Below are positions 63,722 through 64,000 of a DNA stretch of 64,000 nucleotides, one piece after another (position 1 is the first letter of the stretch; the number at the start of each line of letters is the position of its first letter). The notes below the pieces were generated by a model. It was not told the origin of the DNA. It saw only the letters and a program-made list of their open reading frames with translations, and searched no databases. Where the stretch lies: sequence record PZ386971.1, one strand, 5' to 3'. A program made the translations under genes and the position numbers. This stretch comes from a phage.

Positions 63722-64000
63722 TTACTCTTTGGTGCCGAAATTACCACCATTGTCTTTTAATTCTGCCTTGATGTCAATCTCACCCGGACCCGTAGGGGAT
63801 GCAGGGGTTGCACCTGACAGAGAAGAAGCGCGACCAGCACCTTCGGCATATATGATGTTACCATTGATCGTCTGAGCGACAGTCAGTTTGTCAGCGATTA
63901 TCTCAGTCGTTAGAATCTTAGGAACCTTCAATGTCCCACCGACCTCCAGAGTCTCGCAGATAATGCGCAGAATATTCTGCGCTTGCATTTCCGCTAGGTC
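63722..64000 (-). CDS. Partial gene upstream of gp25 (3-prime part only), possibly baseplate-associated
   Basis: Minus-strand reading frame runs to the window edge; Gly/Thr/Ala-rich C-terminus. Confidence 0.3.
   Translation of the reverse strand, partial: DLAEMQAQNILRIICETLEVGGTLKVPKILTTEIIADKLTVAQTINGNIIYAEGAGRASSLSGATPASPTGPGEIDIKAELKDNGGNFGTKE

Noticed and set aside
1-64000. tRNA or rRNA genes
   Set aside because: No canonical T-loop (GGTTCGAATCC-like) or cloverleaf-sized conserved segments noticed in intergenic regions; not checked with a tRNA finder, so small or atypical tRNAs cannot be excluded.
1-64000. Integrated prophage within a bacterial chromosome
   Set aside because: No host housekeeping genes, integrase or attachment sites; gene content and order are those of a lytic T4-type genome.

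Overview
This window reads as a contiguous segment of a T4-like (Straboviridae-type) myovirus genome, roughly 48% GC, almost entirely coding on the + strand, with no host genes, rRNA, tRNA or CRISPR array seen. All calls are from reading the ORF translations and the nucleotide text by eye; no database search was run. Coordinates taken from the ORF track are exact, while hand-indexed coordinates for hairpins, promoters and sub-60-aa ORFs may be off by 1-2 nt. The window holds: (1) a T4-order late structural module: large terminase (with a 159-aa mini-intein in the Walker A P-loop), tail sheath, tail tube, portal, prohead protease, scaffold and major capsid protein, with an antisense homing-endonuclease-like gene inserted between sheath and tube; (2) recombination and replication genes: UvsY-like, a Cas4/RecB-like nuclease, UvsW, gp45 clamp, gp44/gp62 clamp loader, RegA, gp55-like late sigma factor, gp47/gp46, primase, RNase HI, HU and a DinG-like Fe-S helicase; (3) nucleotide metabolism and lysis genes: PhoH, NrdA, NrdB, a small redoxin and an endolysin; (4) an accessory island at about 23.6-32.6 kb encoding orphan proteins of 407 and 672 aa, a Gp49-like/RyR-domain protein, a 734-aa vWA-domain protein and an acyl-carrier-protein homolog whose phosphopantetheine-acceptor Ser is replaced by Glu; (5) dozens of small early ORFs, several secreted or lipoprotein-like, each preceded by a near-identical terminator hairpin, early promoter (-35 GTTTACT), conserved leader and AGGAACTATATCATG initiation region. 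The most interesting candidates for undescribed biology are the Ser-less ACP mimic, the vWA/RyR/orphan-enzyme island, and the repeat-rich homing-endonuclease-like gene.
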